Origin: Camelus ferus
Taxonomy: Eukaryota
Reading direction: 5' to 3'
Assembly (NCBI RefSeq): GCF_009834535.1
Contig: NC_045696.1
Span: 21,640,001-21,704,000 of the forward strand
DNA length: 64,000 bases
The notes beneath the pieces were generated by a model, which saw nothing but the letters and a program-made list of their open reading frames with translations, was not told the origin of the DNA and made no database searches. The first letter of the stretch is position 1. Each line of letters starts with the position of its first letter. Of this stretch, positions 14,600-25,201 are shown piece by piece. The position numbers and the translations under genes were made by a program.

Positions 14600-15330
14600 T
14601 AAGAAAATAAGTTCAGGACAATAATAATTCAATAAGATAATAAAACATGAAATTAGATTAAAAGAGAAAAATTATAACTCAGAAAACCAACTGCAATCTG
14701 AATCAAGAGCATTATACAAATTAGCAGTAAATTAGAAGCAGCAGAGAACAAAAAAAAAAAAAAACAGAGTTGAACACTGCATATAATTTAAATGCATGAG
14801 GGAGTTACAGATATGGTGATAATTAGGAGAAATATATAAATATAAAGACAGAACTAACAGAATCCAACCAAGAAAAACTGGACTCCAACCCCAGAAGACA
14901 TCTAGTAAATTGAACAACCAAAACTTTCAAAATTTTAATAAAGGAATGTTCATTTTAAGAGGAAGGGGACATTGCGTAAGGTACTCAACATTCCAAGAAA
15001 ACTCAATTCAAAATAATCAATGCCAATTTATTTCCTATTGAACTTCAAGTGTGAAAAAGGAATACTCTAGGCATTCAAGGAAATATAAAACATGTCACAT
15101 ACAAAAGTAAGGTATAGAATTAGCTTTAGCCATTTTCACAATTGTGTTCTGTGTCAGAAAACCAATATTAGAAAAATATCTTCAGCATTCCAAGAAAAAC
15201 AATTAACTTATGGTTGGCCCATGTACATAATCCTCAGTAAAGTATCATTCAAGTATAAAAGAAAGAGGAAGGTTTCTCACATATGAATAAACTCAGAGAA
15301 TATAGACTCCATTAGCCCTAAAATAACACA
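14600..15330 (+). mobile_element. Ancient L1/HAL1 ORF1 fragment
   Basis: A-rich, degenerate ORF1-like motifs (AAATTAGAAGCAGCAGAGAA, GTCACATACAAAAG, AAAGTATCATTCAAGTATAAAAG); no intact ORF. Confidence 0.55.
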
Positions 15331-16318
15331 CACACAGAGAAAAACTGGTTGACGATGATGCACACACAATCAAAGATGAACGGAGCTGCCATAAAAGAGG
15401 TCTAGTTCAATACTTGAGTCCAGAGAATAGTGGAGGGATACCTGCAAGCTTCTGAGGAAAGGGTGATACTGCTCCACATTTTTATGTATAAATTTTTCTT
15501 CAATTGTCAAAACAATTAAAGAACAATATCTAGCAATATCTACCAAGCAAATCTCTGGGATTATAGTATCTAAGGAGTCTTATTGACAAAAATATTTAAT
15601 AATATTTGAAGGCTTATTTTCCCTCCCTTTCTTATGACATGAGATATTTATAAAATAGTTCTCAGACCTTGCACAAAGAAGGATTACGGTCCTCTTGCAA
15701 CACTTAAGGTATTAAGAGTCTTACCAATTAGGTATTAATGTGTCAAAATTATGTGAAAACTCAAAGGAAAGAAATAGCTAGCCTTGGAGATGAGCAAATG
15801 TGTATTTCATACAGCTCTGTCACGTTTGAACCATGCATCATAGGGTAAGTTAAGGTTAATTGACTGGGGAATTTGGACACATTTTCAGAGAGAAAATCGT
15901 AGAATCTCCAGAAGTATTCCTGATGAGAAATATTGATTTTTCTTTTTTTATGTTAGTTCTTTTTTTAACTTAAACTTTATTCAAGAAATTTGTCCAATAA
16001 AAGCCTAGTCACAGGAAATTATTTAAAGACGAAAGGTATCAGGGGTTTCTCACATTGTGTTGCATAGAGAAAGAAATGTCTTATAAATGCTCAGGGCCTT
16101 AATCTTTAGAGACTCTGCAATTCCTTCAGCTACTTAGGAAAGTCAGAGTTAAAATCACACATTGGTTGAGCAAATGAATAGATTATGTTTTGCACCATAA
16201 TTCTTAACCCTCTGATTCTTTTGATTCGATCATATTAACAAGAGCTTATGGACTCTTAATTTTCTTAGTTTTCCTACTTTTATCCTTTTGTTTATTATAG
16301 GCTAAAATCATCATAATC

Positions 16319-16904
16319 TGTGGGTTCTGGCCAGCAGAAGTCCCACCGAGATGGAATGAATTACTTAACACTCTGTGGAAAAGTCAAGAGAGCGAGAGGG
16401 AGTCGGGAGCCAACTCCACGAGCCTCTCAAATCTCCCATATTTATTGAATATAGTCAAAAGAGGAATGCAGGAATTTAGGGAAGGACAGAGTGGGATCAC
16501 AATGAGTACAAAGGCTTTGTTTATTGTTGGTGTTTGCCTCAAGATCAGAAGACCCTTTTTGTTTGTGTTGAGCCTTATCAGGGCGGAATGTATGAGAATC
16601 AGCTGCTTAACAACTTGGACTCAGGCGGCTGTTCCTGCCTTAGGTTGCCCCCCTCAGGGGATCTTACCCATCATTGGCTAACCAGCCTTCTCACCTCTGA
16701 GTCTGCAGTTTTCTATAAGTTGTTTACCATTCCATCCCAAGGCTGTTTTGCAGATAGAAGACTAACAGCAGGCATGCCCAGCGTTTATAGCCTGGGGACT
16801 GGGTCATTGCTAAAACCTCAAGGCAGTTACTAAGCACATCTTCTTTAAGGAGATAAGCGGCTGGGATCTGTTACAATTTGTTAACCCAGTCATGGGCTCC
16901 CACA
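16319..16904 (-). mobile_element. ERVK (betaretrovirus)-like solo LTR
   Basis: Inverted termini TGTGGG...CCCACA; 6-bp TSD ATAATC (16313-16318) / GTAATC (16905-16910); 586 bp, more GC-rich than flanks, CpGs retained; AATAAA on the minus strand near 16441 and 16520. Confidence 0.8.
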
Positions 16905-17362
16905 GTAATCCTCCCTTAGGAATCTCTAAAAGTTCAAACTCTACCTACTCTATCTACCACTATCTTCAAGTCTCTTCCTACTTCATTATTCACTTAACTG
17001 GAATATGTCATTCTCATTACTGAAGGGTCACAATTTTGCTTTCCTCATTGAAAGCTTCATTAAGAGCATTAAGGATGCTTCCCTACCCAGAGCTATGGAT
17101 ATCTTCATTCACAAGCCAGATATTTGTTTCTTCTTCTTTGTTTCTACTTCATTTAGATCATTCTAGATTTTATGGCTAAGTTTTTAAGTATATGTTTAAA
17201 ATAAATGTTTTACTCTGCTATAGATATTCAATTACTTTGACTTAAGTGGGGTAGGGAGGGGTTATTCTGTAACTTCTACATTCCTCAAAGATGAAAACTA
17301 ATATCACAAGGACTTTAATCATATACTTCCCTTTTCTTTCTCTCTTTCTTGTGCTCTCTCTC

Positions 17363-17366
<4 letters not shown>

Positions 17367-17398
<32 letters not shown>

Positions 17399-17430
17399 TG
17401 TGTGTGTGTTTGTGTGTGTATATATATATA
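17367..17430. repeat. Compound (TG)n-(TA)n microsatellite
   Basis: Directly visible, with two interruptions. Confidence 0.95.
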
Positions 17431-17746
17431 ATGGGAAAATGCAGAAAACTATTAACTCATATGTCCTAAACATCTAACTCTGTCAAGTTAACATGGTTGA
17501 TTCATTTATTTAAAAAATTTTAAAAGAATGACACAATTCAAATACAGTTGAAACCTCCTTGGTTGGTATTCCACTCCTATACTCTCCAATTCCCTTCCTA
17601 CTTAGAAGCAATCACCACACTGAATTTTCTATTTATCAATCCTACATAAACTTTTATTACAACAACTGCATTACTAAACCAGTTATTTTCTTTTTTGACT
17701 TAAATAGTGTAACAGTGCATATATCCTTCTGAAACTTGTTTCTTGG

Positions 17747-17979
17747 TTTTTTTTACTGAAATATAACTGACTTATAATATTACTATTAGTTTCAGGTGTA
17801 CAACATAGTAGTTGATTTCTAGTCTCGTAGCATTGTGGTCAGAAAATATGCTTGATTCTATTTCAATCTTCTTAAATTTAATGAGACTTGTTTTGTGGCC
17901 TAGCATGTGATCTGTCCTAGAAGAATGTTCCATGTGCACTTGAAAAGAATATGTATTCTGTTGCTATTGGATGGAATGT

Positions 17980-17983
<4 letters not shown>
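17747..17983 (-). mobile_element. L1 3' end fused directly to an ORF2 endonuclease fragment
   Basis: PolyT plus L1 terminus (17747-17809) adjoining sequence that reads on the minus strand RTFHPIATEYIFFSSAHGTF-(frameshift)-RTDHMLGHKTSLIKFKKIEIESSIFSDHNATRLEIN. Confidence 0.8.
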
Positions 17984-18023
<40 letters not shown>

Positions 18024-18054
18024 CCTATCTACCTATCTATCTATCTATCTATCT
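17980..18054. repeat. (TATC)n tetranucleotide microsatellite
   Basis: About 18 units with two TACC variants. Confidence 0.95.
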
Positions 18055-18649
18055 GCTGGTGGGCAGGGCCAGATCCTGGGGTACAACATGTTTACATGTG
18101 TAAAAGTTTATTATTTCCAGAATGGTAAATACAGCTTCAGTTCTTGCACATTTAACTTGTGTATAGTATTTTATTATATAAAAACAGTACAATTCATTTT
18201 CCTGTTGATGGACACAAGGTTTCTCTATTTTGTGGGGCTTAAAATAGTGTTGTAATGAGTATTGTCTCATTGCCTGCATCTAAGATAAATTTGGGCGTCA
18301 AATTGTATGTGTGTATTTTTTGGTAGCTATTACCAAATTGCTCTTCATTATGATTATTTGAATTTTCTTTCTCACAAGTGATAAATGCCACCGCTTAAAT
18401 ATGGACTTAATTGTTGCTAGTATACTTGCAGGCAATAACATTTCATTTTTTAATTTTAGTTGGAATTCCATAATTACTACTGAAGTTGACCATCTACTAA
18501 AATTGTGCACCTATAGACATTTGTGTGCTTGTATTTTGTTCCTTTATTACTTGTTTGGTTTTGTGTTTTTGTTAATTATCTGCTGTTTGTCCTTTGTTAG
18601 TTAATTAGTAGAAATTCTGAATTCTGAAAAATGTTTTTCAGTTGTAAAC

Positions 18650-19060
18650 TGTCAGAGTCCTCCGCATATATGCTCTGATTCATCTCTGCATGCTGACTTT
18701 CCATGAATGTTGTACCCATACACAGGGAGAGCTGAAAGTAGGAGAATTAAAGTCCCAGAAACTATTCTCAACCAGTGAGCAAGGCTGTTTGGTGAATAAA
18801 AATCCCTGCTTCCTTGCCTATTAATTGGGAGAACTCTGAGGACTTTTCTTTGCGTCTCTCACATTCCCCAGCAGGATTATGTTCCTGAGGCCATGGTGGT
18901 TCCTGGTTTGATTACACAGCTTTTATTGGCTTCTTTTCCCCCGACTTTTCATTTCCCAACTCCTCTTATGGACTTTCCTTGGCTTGCCTTCCAAATACAT
19001 TTGAGAAACTCATAAAATCTTTGTCTTAATTCTGTTCTGTTGTAGCCAAAATAAAAGACA
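18650..19060 (+). mobile_element. LTR16-like ERVL solo LTR nested in an old L1
   Basis: TGTCAG...AAGACA ends; ATTCTCAACCAGTGAG, TTATTGGCTTCTTTTCCC and TTCCAAATA motifs resembling the LTR16 family; no clear TSD. Confidence 0.55.
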
Positions 19061-19099
19061 CAATTTTTAAAAAAGGAAACAATCTACTTTGTGTCTCGA

Positions 19100-19580
19100 G
19101 TTTTTACTATATTTTTTATATCTTTTTTAAAAAACTGTTGGTCTTATTATTGGCTAAATTTATCATTATTCTCCTTCCCTACTTCATCCTTTTATTTTTT
19201 AATGCTTAAAAAAAAAAAAAAAACTCCTTTAGTATCCTATAACAGAAAAACATCTTTCCACATTTTCTGCAAACATTTTTCTATACTTTTTCTGTATATT
19301 TAATTCACCTGGAATTTATTTTCCTTCAGAGTGTGAGATAAGGATCTAATTTTATTTATCCCGAGATGAATAAGCCACTGACCCACTGATCCTTTCTGTA
19401 TCTGTTGGTAACACTGTCATTTTGATACATGACATTTCCATATACAAATCAAGTTGTTTGTGAGATCTTTATTCTGTTCCACTGAGAGATTTTTCTACTC
19501 CTGGACCAATATCACTCCCTCTTTATTATTATAACTGTGTAATGAGTTCTGTTATCTGATACGGCAAGTTCCATTTTATT
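19100..19580 (-). mobile_element. Old L1ME-type fragment
   Basis: TTCACCTGGAATTTATT...GTGTGAGATAAGGATCTAATTTTATTT...TATTCTGTTCCACTGA reverse L1 ORF2 3' motifs. Confidence 0.6.
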
Positions 19581-20409
19581 TTAGTAACTTTTTAAAACTT
19601 CAAGACATATGATTTGCCCTTTCACATCAACCTGCTTATTTTATTTCAGTCTGTCCTTCATAAGTTTATGTCTTTTTTCAAGAAAGCCATTCTTCTAATA
19701 ATTTATTTGAGCATATGAGATATAATTACTTAAGACATATAGTTTAAGGGGAATTTATAAATGCTGATTTCATTTCTGAACCTAAGTATATAATTTCTGG
19801 TTTTCCATCTTTTAAAAAATTTTTTTGTATATATTTTCTAAGTGACTGTATCTTCTTGGTTTTCCATCTTATATTGAATATATTATTACCCTGTACTTGG
19901 AGCAGAGCACGTGAACTCGTTTTGCTCTCTTTTCCTTCCCTTATATAAATTCAGAATCAATGTAACAAAGTTCTACTCAATTTTCTGAAAGCAGTTGCAT
20001 CTGCAACAGCCCTAATGAAGGAAACAGTGATTATACTTCCATCTTCTTGGCTCCCCGAATTCAAGGGTCAGTCCCCAGGCTCTAGTTGTATGGGAGGGCC
20101 TGGCCTATTAGAATCCTCTCCTAGAATATAAGTAAAATGAAGCTCTCCCACCTCCATCAGTGCCATTTCTCATTTACTGGGTAAAGTGTTTAAGAATACA
20201 GTTAGTATGAATTCAGTTAAATAAAAAATACATATATATTCCATGACATGTATTTATTTACTTCTAATTGCTTTCAGCAAGGACTTCAGAGAGCAATACA
20301 TGGTTGTTTTCTTTCAAAAGTAAAGAAGAAGAAACGAAAGTGGCTATGGGTTATTCTAGCCCATTATAAAATGCCACAACTCCAGCTTATTAAGGGCTCT
20401 TGATCTAGA

Positions 20410-21512
20410 ACTTCCTTATCTCTGGCCAGTTTTACTGGCCAGAGCGAGACAAATTGGTTCACTTCAGAACAAGTTTGGTTTTATAATTATTAATTTTTAA
20501 TTCTAAGCTCATGGTTTTTCAAAGTTTGGAAGTTCCAATGGTTAACTTTACTTTAACGATCAGAGAAGAGTCTTGATTTCCCCACAAAGCATAGGACTCC
20601 AGTTAGGAATGCAGTTATTGCAACCGGTCCTCTTGTTATTATTGGTATGTTTAAAAAGATAAAGTTTAGGTCACCTGAGTAACATCTTCCCCACCCAGAA
20701 TACTTCCTTAAAATAGAAACAAACACTTAATTCCTCTCACAGCGGCTGCTCCTGTTCACTGATAATAGCGTGAGGCCATAAAAAGTAGGCATATAACGCC
20801 TTGTTCAAGTGGACCTTCCTTTAGGTTAAATCAATACTACCTTACATTGCATAACTTCACATGGGTGAGATAATGAAGATTGCAACATCTGTGATTGCTT
20901 CAATAAAGAAATACATGCATACAGAGAGAGAGAAAGAAAGGGATACAGGGAGGCTGGGAAGAGAGATGTATGTATTAATATATATATATTAGGCTTTATA
21001 TATACCTGTGCATAAAAGTTACCTTAGAATGTCTACACCTACATAAAACGGGAAAAATCCCTCAATAATGACCTGAGTCAGGGGGTAGAAGGTTGATCTG
21101 TCAGGAACTCTCTACAAATAGCATGTGCGTGTGTCCAGTGACTAATCTACTACCATGAATTTCACATTTATTCAGCTCTCAGAATGATAAAGTATAATTT
21201 TTGTTTACAACATGTATTTAATTTCATTCATCTCAACATCTGGCCTGTTGAGGTGATTCACATTTACAACTCTAAGCACTCCTTCACTCACTTCTTAAAG
21301 ATTAACTGAGCTTACAACACTACTTAATGTATAGAGACGTAATGTTCCCAAAGGGACATACACAACTCAGTTACACTGGAGTAGGAAGACTAGTGTAGAC
21401 TTGTTGTGTCACAAATCTTCTTTGAAAACTTGAGAGGTTTTGCTCTGCAGTTGATGCCAGATTCTCTGCTCTCTCAGAGTTCTTAGAGTAGCACCACCTT
21501 CAAAAGCCAAAA
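20410..21512 (+). promoter_or_regulatory. Putative TMPRSS15 promoter and proximal enhancer
   Basis: Largely repeat-free region directly upstream of the ATG with GATA motifs (20416, 20760, 20868, 21185), CDX-like GGCCATAAA (20774), ONECUT-like AAATCAATA (20828) and HNF1-like GTTAATCTTTAAG (minus strand, 21294-21306). TSS not determinable from sequence. Confidence 0.55.
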
Positions 21513-21657
21513 ATGGGGTCAAAGCGAAGGGCAGTTGCAAGGCACCGTTCTCTCAGCACCTATGAGGTCATGTTTGCAGCTCTCTTTGTCATGTTGGTGG
21601 TGCTCTGTGCTGGTTTAATCGCAGTGTCCTGGCTGGGAATCAAGGGATCAGAAGGAG
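21513..21657 (+). CDS. TMPRSS15: Enteropeptidase coding exon 1 (cytoplasmic tail and signal-anchor TM helix)
   Basis: Manual translation MGSKRRAVARHRSLSTYEVMFAALFVMLVVLCAGLIAVSWLGIKGSEG matches the mammalian enteropeptidase N-terminus; good Kozak context AAAATGG; donor G|GTAAGT at 21658; 145 nt, phase 1. Confidence 0.97.
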
Positions 21658-21937
21658 GTAAGTCCCATGGAGCTGGCCACTAAAGGTGCTCTCAGATGAA
21701 TGTACACACTTTAATCTCAGGAATCCTGCCAGTATATTGTATTCATTGCTGTGCTTTTGTGACAAGGTATTTATATTGCTTTCAGATGCTCCACTGTAGT
21801 TCACTTCATAGAATATTAAAGGGAAAAACAGTTTGTATATAATTTGGAATTTAATTCAGAATTCATGCCTGAGACTAAGTTTTTGTTTGGTTGGTTGTTG
21901 GTTTTAATCCAATCCATTCAGCCACTTTGTATCTCTT

Positions 21938-22058
21938 GGGGGGGGGGGGTTAATTAATTAATTAATTAATTAAATGTATTTTTAATCACGGTACTGGGGA
22001 TTGAACCCAGGACTTGGTGGATGCCAAGCACACACTCTACCATGAACTAAACTCTCCC
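21938..22058 (-). mobile_element. Camelid tRNA-derived SINE (Vic-1-like)
   Basis: G-run, (TAAT)n, then GGTACTGGGGATTGAACCCAGGAC...AAGCACACACTCTACC; B-box GGTTCAATCCC on the minus strand. Confidence 0.75.
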
Positions 22059-23261
22059 TGCCAGATTGTTTTGAAAATTAAAAAATGGTAAGTTTCTCAA
22101 TTTCAACATAGCCCAGGGATCTGTTCTGATATAAATCATAAACATAATCAAACATTGTTCACTATAGAAGCTGATAAATAGGCCAAGTTAAAGAAAAATA
22201 ATGTTCTTTATTTCTGGAGAATTGTATCTTCTTTCTCTTATTAGTACAACAATTTGAATTGCAACAATGTAAGGGAATTTGGTTGTAATCATGGACTTAA
22301 AAGATCTCAAGCTGCCTGAGTAGCAATTTGTGATTGACAGAAAAAAATAAGTAAAGGTAACTAATATTTAGAGCTAAATTACCTGTACCAACTGCTTTCA
22401 AAGATCTTCAACTGTATTCTCTTGTTACAACAAATCTATGAGTTAGTTATTATTGTCACCATCGTTTGATATGTGAAAAATCAGTGACAAATTTTAAGTA
22501 ACTTGTTTAAATCTGAAACATGACTAGATAGTGCAAACTAGACAATCCAACTTCAGAACTTGTGCCCTTATTTACCATTTATTCATTTATAGGATAATTT
22601 TTTAAATTAATGGCAGCATAGCAAAAACCTGGATTTATTTTTTCTCAGAAAATGTTTGCATTCTTTTAAAATGATGAATTATATATGGGCATATTAATTC
22701 CTTCTGAAAACTCACAGGGCCAAACCTTTTAATGTGAGTGATTTTGGTTTTACCAAGAAAATTCTCCGCCTTTGAGTTGGTTCTTTTCGCCAAGTAAATA
22801 AGTAAGTTTAAGTTAGAATATAATAAATGTAATTTATAGTTTTATAAAATAATTCCAATATAATCCCTGGTTTATTTAACTACTATAGCTATATGCAAGG
22901 GGTCCATTTTAAAGAGAAAGAAGGCTTGTGGATATTTTATGTAATTATATGAACAATTAAATAAATTATAGAGGCTCCTGGAGACTTTTAGAAAAGTAGC
23001 TGCTGTGGTCTTACTTAAATGCTGTGAATAACTTCAAGGATATGTAACCATTTGAAAGTCCATTAGAATCTTTGATGCTCAGTGAAAATACAGAGGTTGA
23101 TTATTTTACCAGTAAAATAGAAAATACTTATAAATATTAATATGATTTAATTGTGAACTACTGAATATAAAAAGGGATTTGAGATAAGTCTAGAATAGAA
23201 CACCAGAGGACACAAGACATACTACTTTTAATACACACTTTTACTTTAATACACTTTTAAC

Positions 23262-23575
23262 TCTTTTTATTGGAAATCATTTTAGACTTTAAAAAAAAGC
23301 TGCAAAAATTGTAGAGTTCTTTTATAACCTTCATCCAGCTTCCCCTAATGTCAATGTCTTGTATATACGTAGTACGATGGCCACAACCAAGAAATTAAAG
23401 CTGGTACAGTATTATTAACTGAACCACACACTTCATTCAGATTTCATCAGTTTTTCCACTAAAGTCCTTTACCTGTTCCGAATCCAGTGCAGATTCCTAC
23501 ATGGAATTTAGTTTTCATGTTTCCTTAGTCTCCAATCCGTGACAGTTTCTCAGTCTTTCCTTGCCTTTCATTTTT
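23262..23575 (-). mobile_element. L1MC-type 3' UTR fragment
   Basis: TTTTAGACTTT...CCAGCTTCCCCTAATGTC...AACCAAGAAATTAA...CAGTTTTTCCACTAA. Confidence 0.65.
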
Positions 23576-24735
23576 AAATACTCAAATCTTAATGTAATTT
23601 TGAGTATTTAAAAAACAAATGAAATAGTATAATAATAATATGTTACATCAATTGTGTAATGATAACTGTTCAGACTAAGCGTACATTTATTGTTTAAAAT
23701 ATTAATTCTAATGTTCCTTCTGGAATAGGAGGTTTGTGTCAATATATGACAGATCATGGATTCTGAAGTCAGTCAGTCCTTTGTCCAAATTCCAGATCTG
23801 TCACTTTTATCATCTTGGGAAATTTTCTTAATGAATTTATATCCCAATTTCCCCATCTGGGATAAGAAGAAATAACATGTTCTCATACCTGGTCAATGTA
23901 TCATTATGACTACCTTTACTAATGATTTCATTATTGTGTGAGTTTCACCTGAAGCAATTCATTTTAAATATAAATATATATCAAAGAATATATGCTGATA
24001 AAGGGATTGTATTGGGCTTAATGGCACATTTAATTACTCATGTTTATATTCAACTTGTTAGCTTTTTTCTTACATTTTTTCATATTGAGATAACAAATTG
24101 TCTGCAGCATTCTCAATAAGTTCTCCAGTAATGACAGTCTCCATCTGATGGCAAAAGGTCATACATACCAATTTTATAATTATTAGGATGAAAGAAGCAA
24201 CTTCAAGGCTATGTTTCAAAGTAACACACACACTAAAATCTTCACAGCAAACTACATGTCGGAAACCAGCAGTGTCCCTGGATGCTAGGTGTTCAAGAAG
24301 TATCTGAAAGCAACTGCAAAACTTTTAATGGTACATTTCTCACCATGTTTCCCTGAATGAGTTCCCATAATTGGCGGAAGCTGATCATCCCTGTAACTTC
24401 CAATAGGAATCTCAATAACAAAGAAAATGGAAAAAAAACAAAAAACAAAAAACAAAAACTTGGAAGCTTGGAGTGTTGGTTAGACTTCAAAGAAAAGAAA
24501 AAAAATGGGATAAAGAAGTTCATTTTTCAATCTTTTAAAACAACCAGATACCTAAAAATTTAAAAAATAAAAAGTAGCTGATTATAAAACATGATGACTA
24601 TAGAGGGAAAAACAAGAACTCCAGGGCCAACACATTAAGCCAGAACTTTACTTCCATGTCTTAACCGGCAGGTACATATTCTCCTTTATTCATAATTCAT
24701 ATTTTCAGTGTTTTGCTTCTTATTAATTCATCTAG

Positions 24736-24866
24736 ATGCAGAATTTGGAAAAAGTCATGAAACCAGAGGGACATTCAAAATAACATCTGGAGCTATATAT
24801 AATCCTAATTTGCAAGACAAACTCTCAGTGGACTTCAAAGTTCTTGCTTTTGACATTCAGCAAATG
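24736..24866 (+). CDS. TMPRSS15: Enteropeptidase coding exon 2 (SEA domain start)
   Basis: TCTAG| acceptor, |GTAGGA donor; (D)AEFGKSHETRGTFKITSGAIYNPNLQDKLSVDFKVLAFDIQQM; 131 nt, in frame with exon 1; overlaps ORF 24708..24959. Confidence 0.97.
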
Positions 24867-25133
24867 GTAGGAGACCTTCTCTTTTCACCTAGTTTAAAAT
24901 TTCATTGCATATTTTTATTAACTACTTGCCAAAAGATATACAGATCCTGTTCTTTTTGAAACAATTAGTTAATAAATATAATATGCTTAGGATATTTAAA
25001 GGTATGAGACCCATTATCACAGACAAAGAAATTGCTCCAATCCAGTTCTAAGCAGAATATAAAGATTACTTTGTTTACATTTTTAAATGAAATCTTAGAT
25101 TTAATATACCTGTTTAAACTTTTCTGTTTTCAG

Positions 25134-25201
25134 ATAGATGAGATCTTTCAATCAAGTAATCTGAAAAATGAGTATAAAAACTCAAGAGTTTTACGATTTG
25201 A
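25134..25201 (+). CDS. TMPRSS15: Enteropeptidase coding exon 3 (SEA)
   Basis: TTTTCAG| acceptor, GA|GTAAGT donor; IDEIFQSSNLKNEYKNSRVLRF(E); 68 nt, phase 0 to 2. Confidence 0.96.

Noticed and set aside
21990..22058. tRNA gene
   Set aside because: It has a B-box but is degenerate and carries a simple-repeat tail; better explained as a tRNA-derived SINE.
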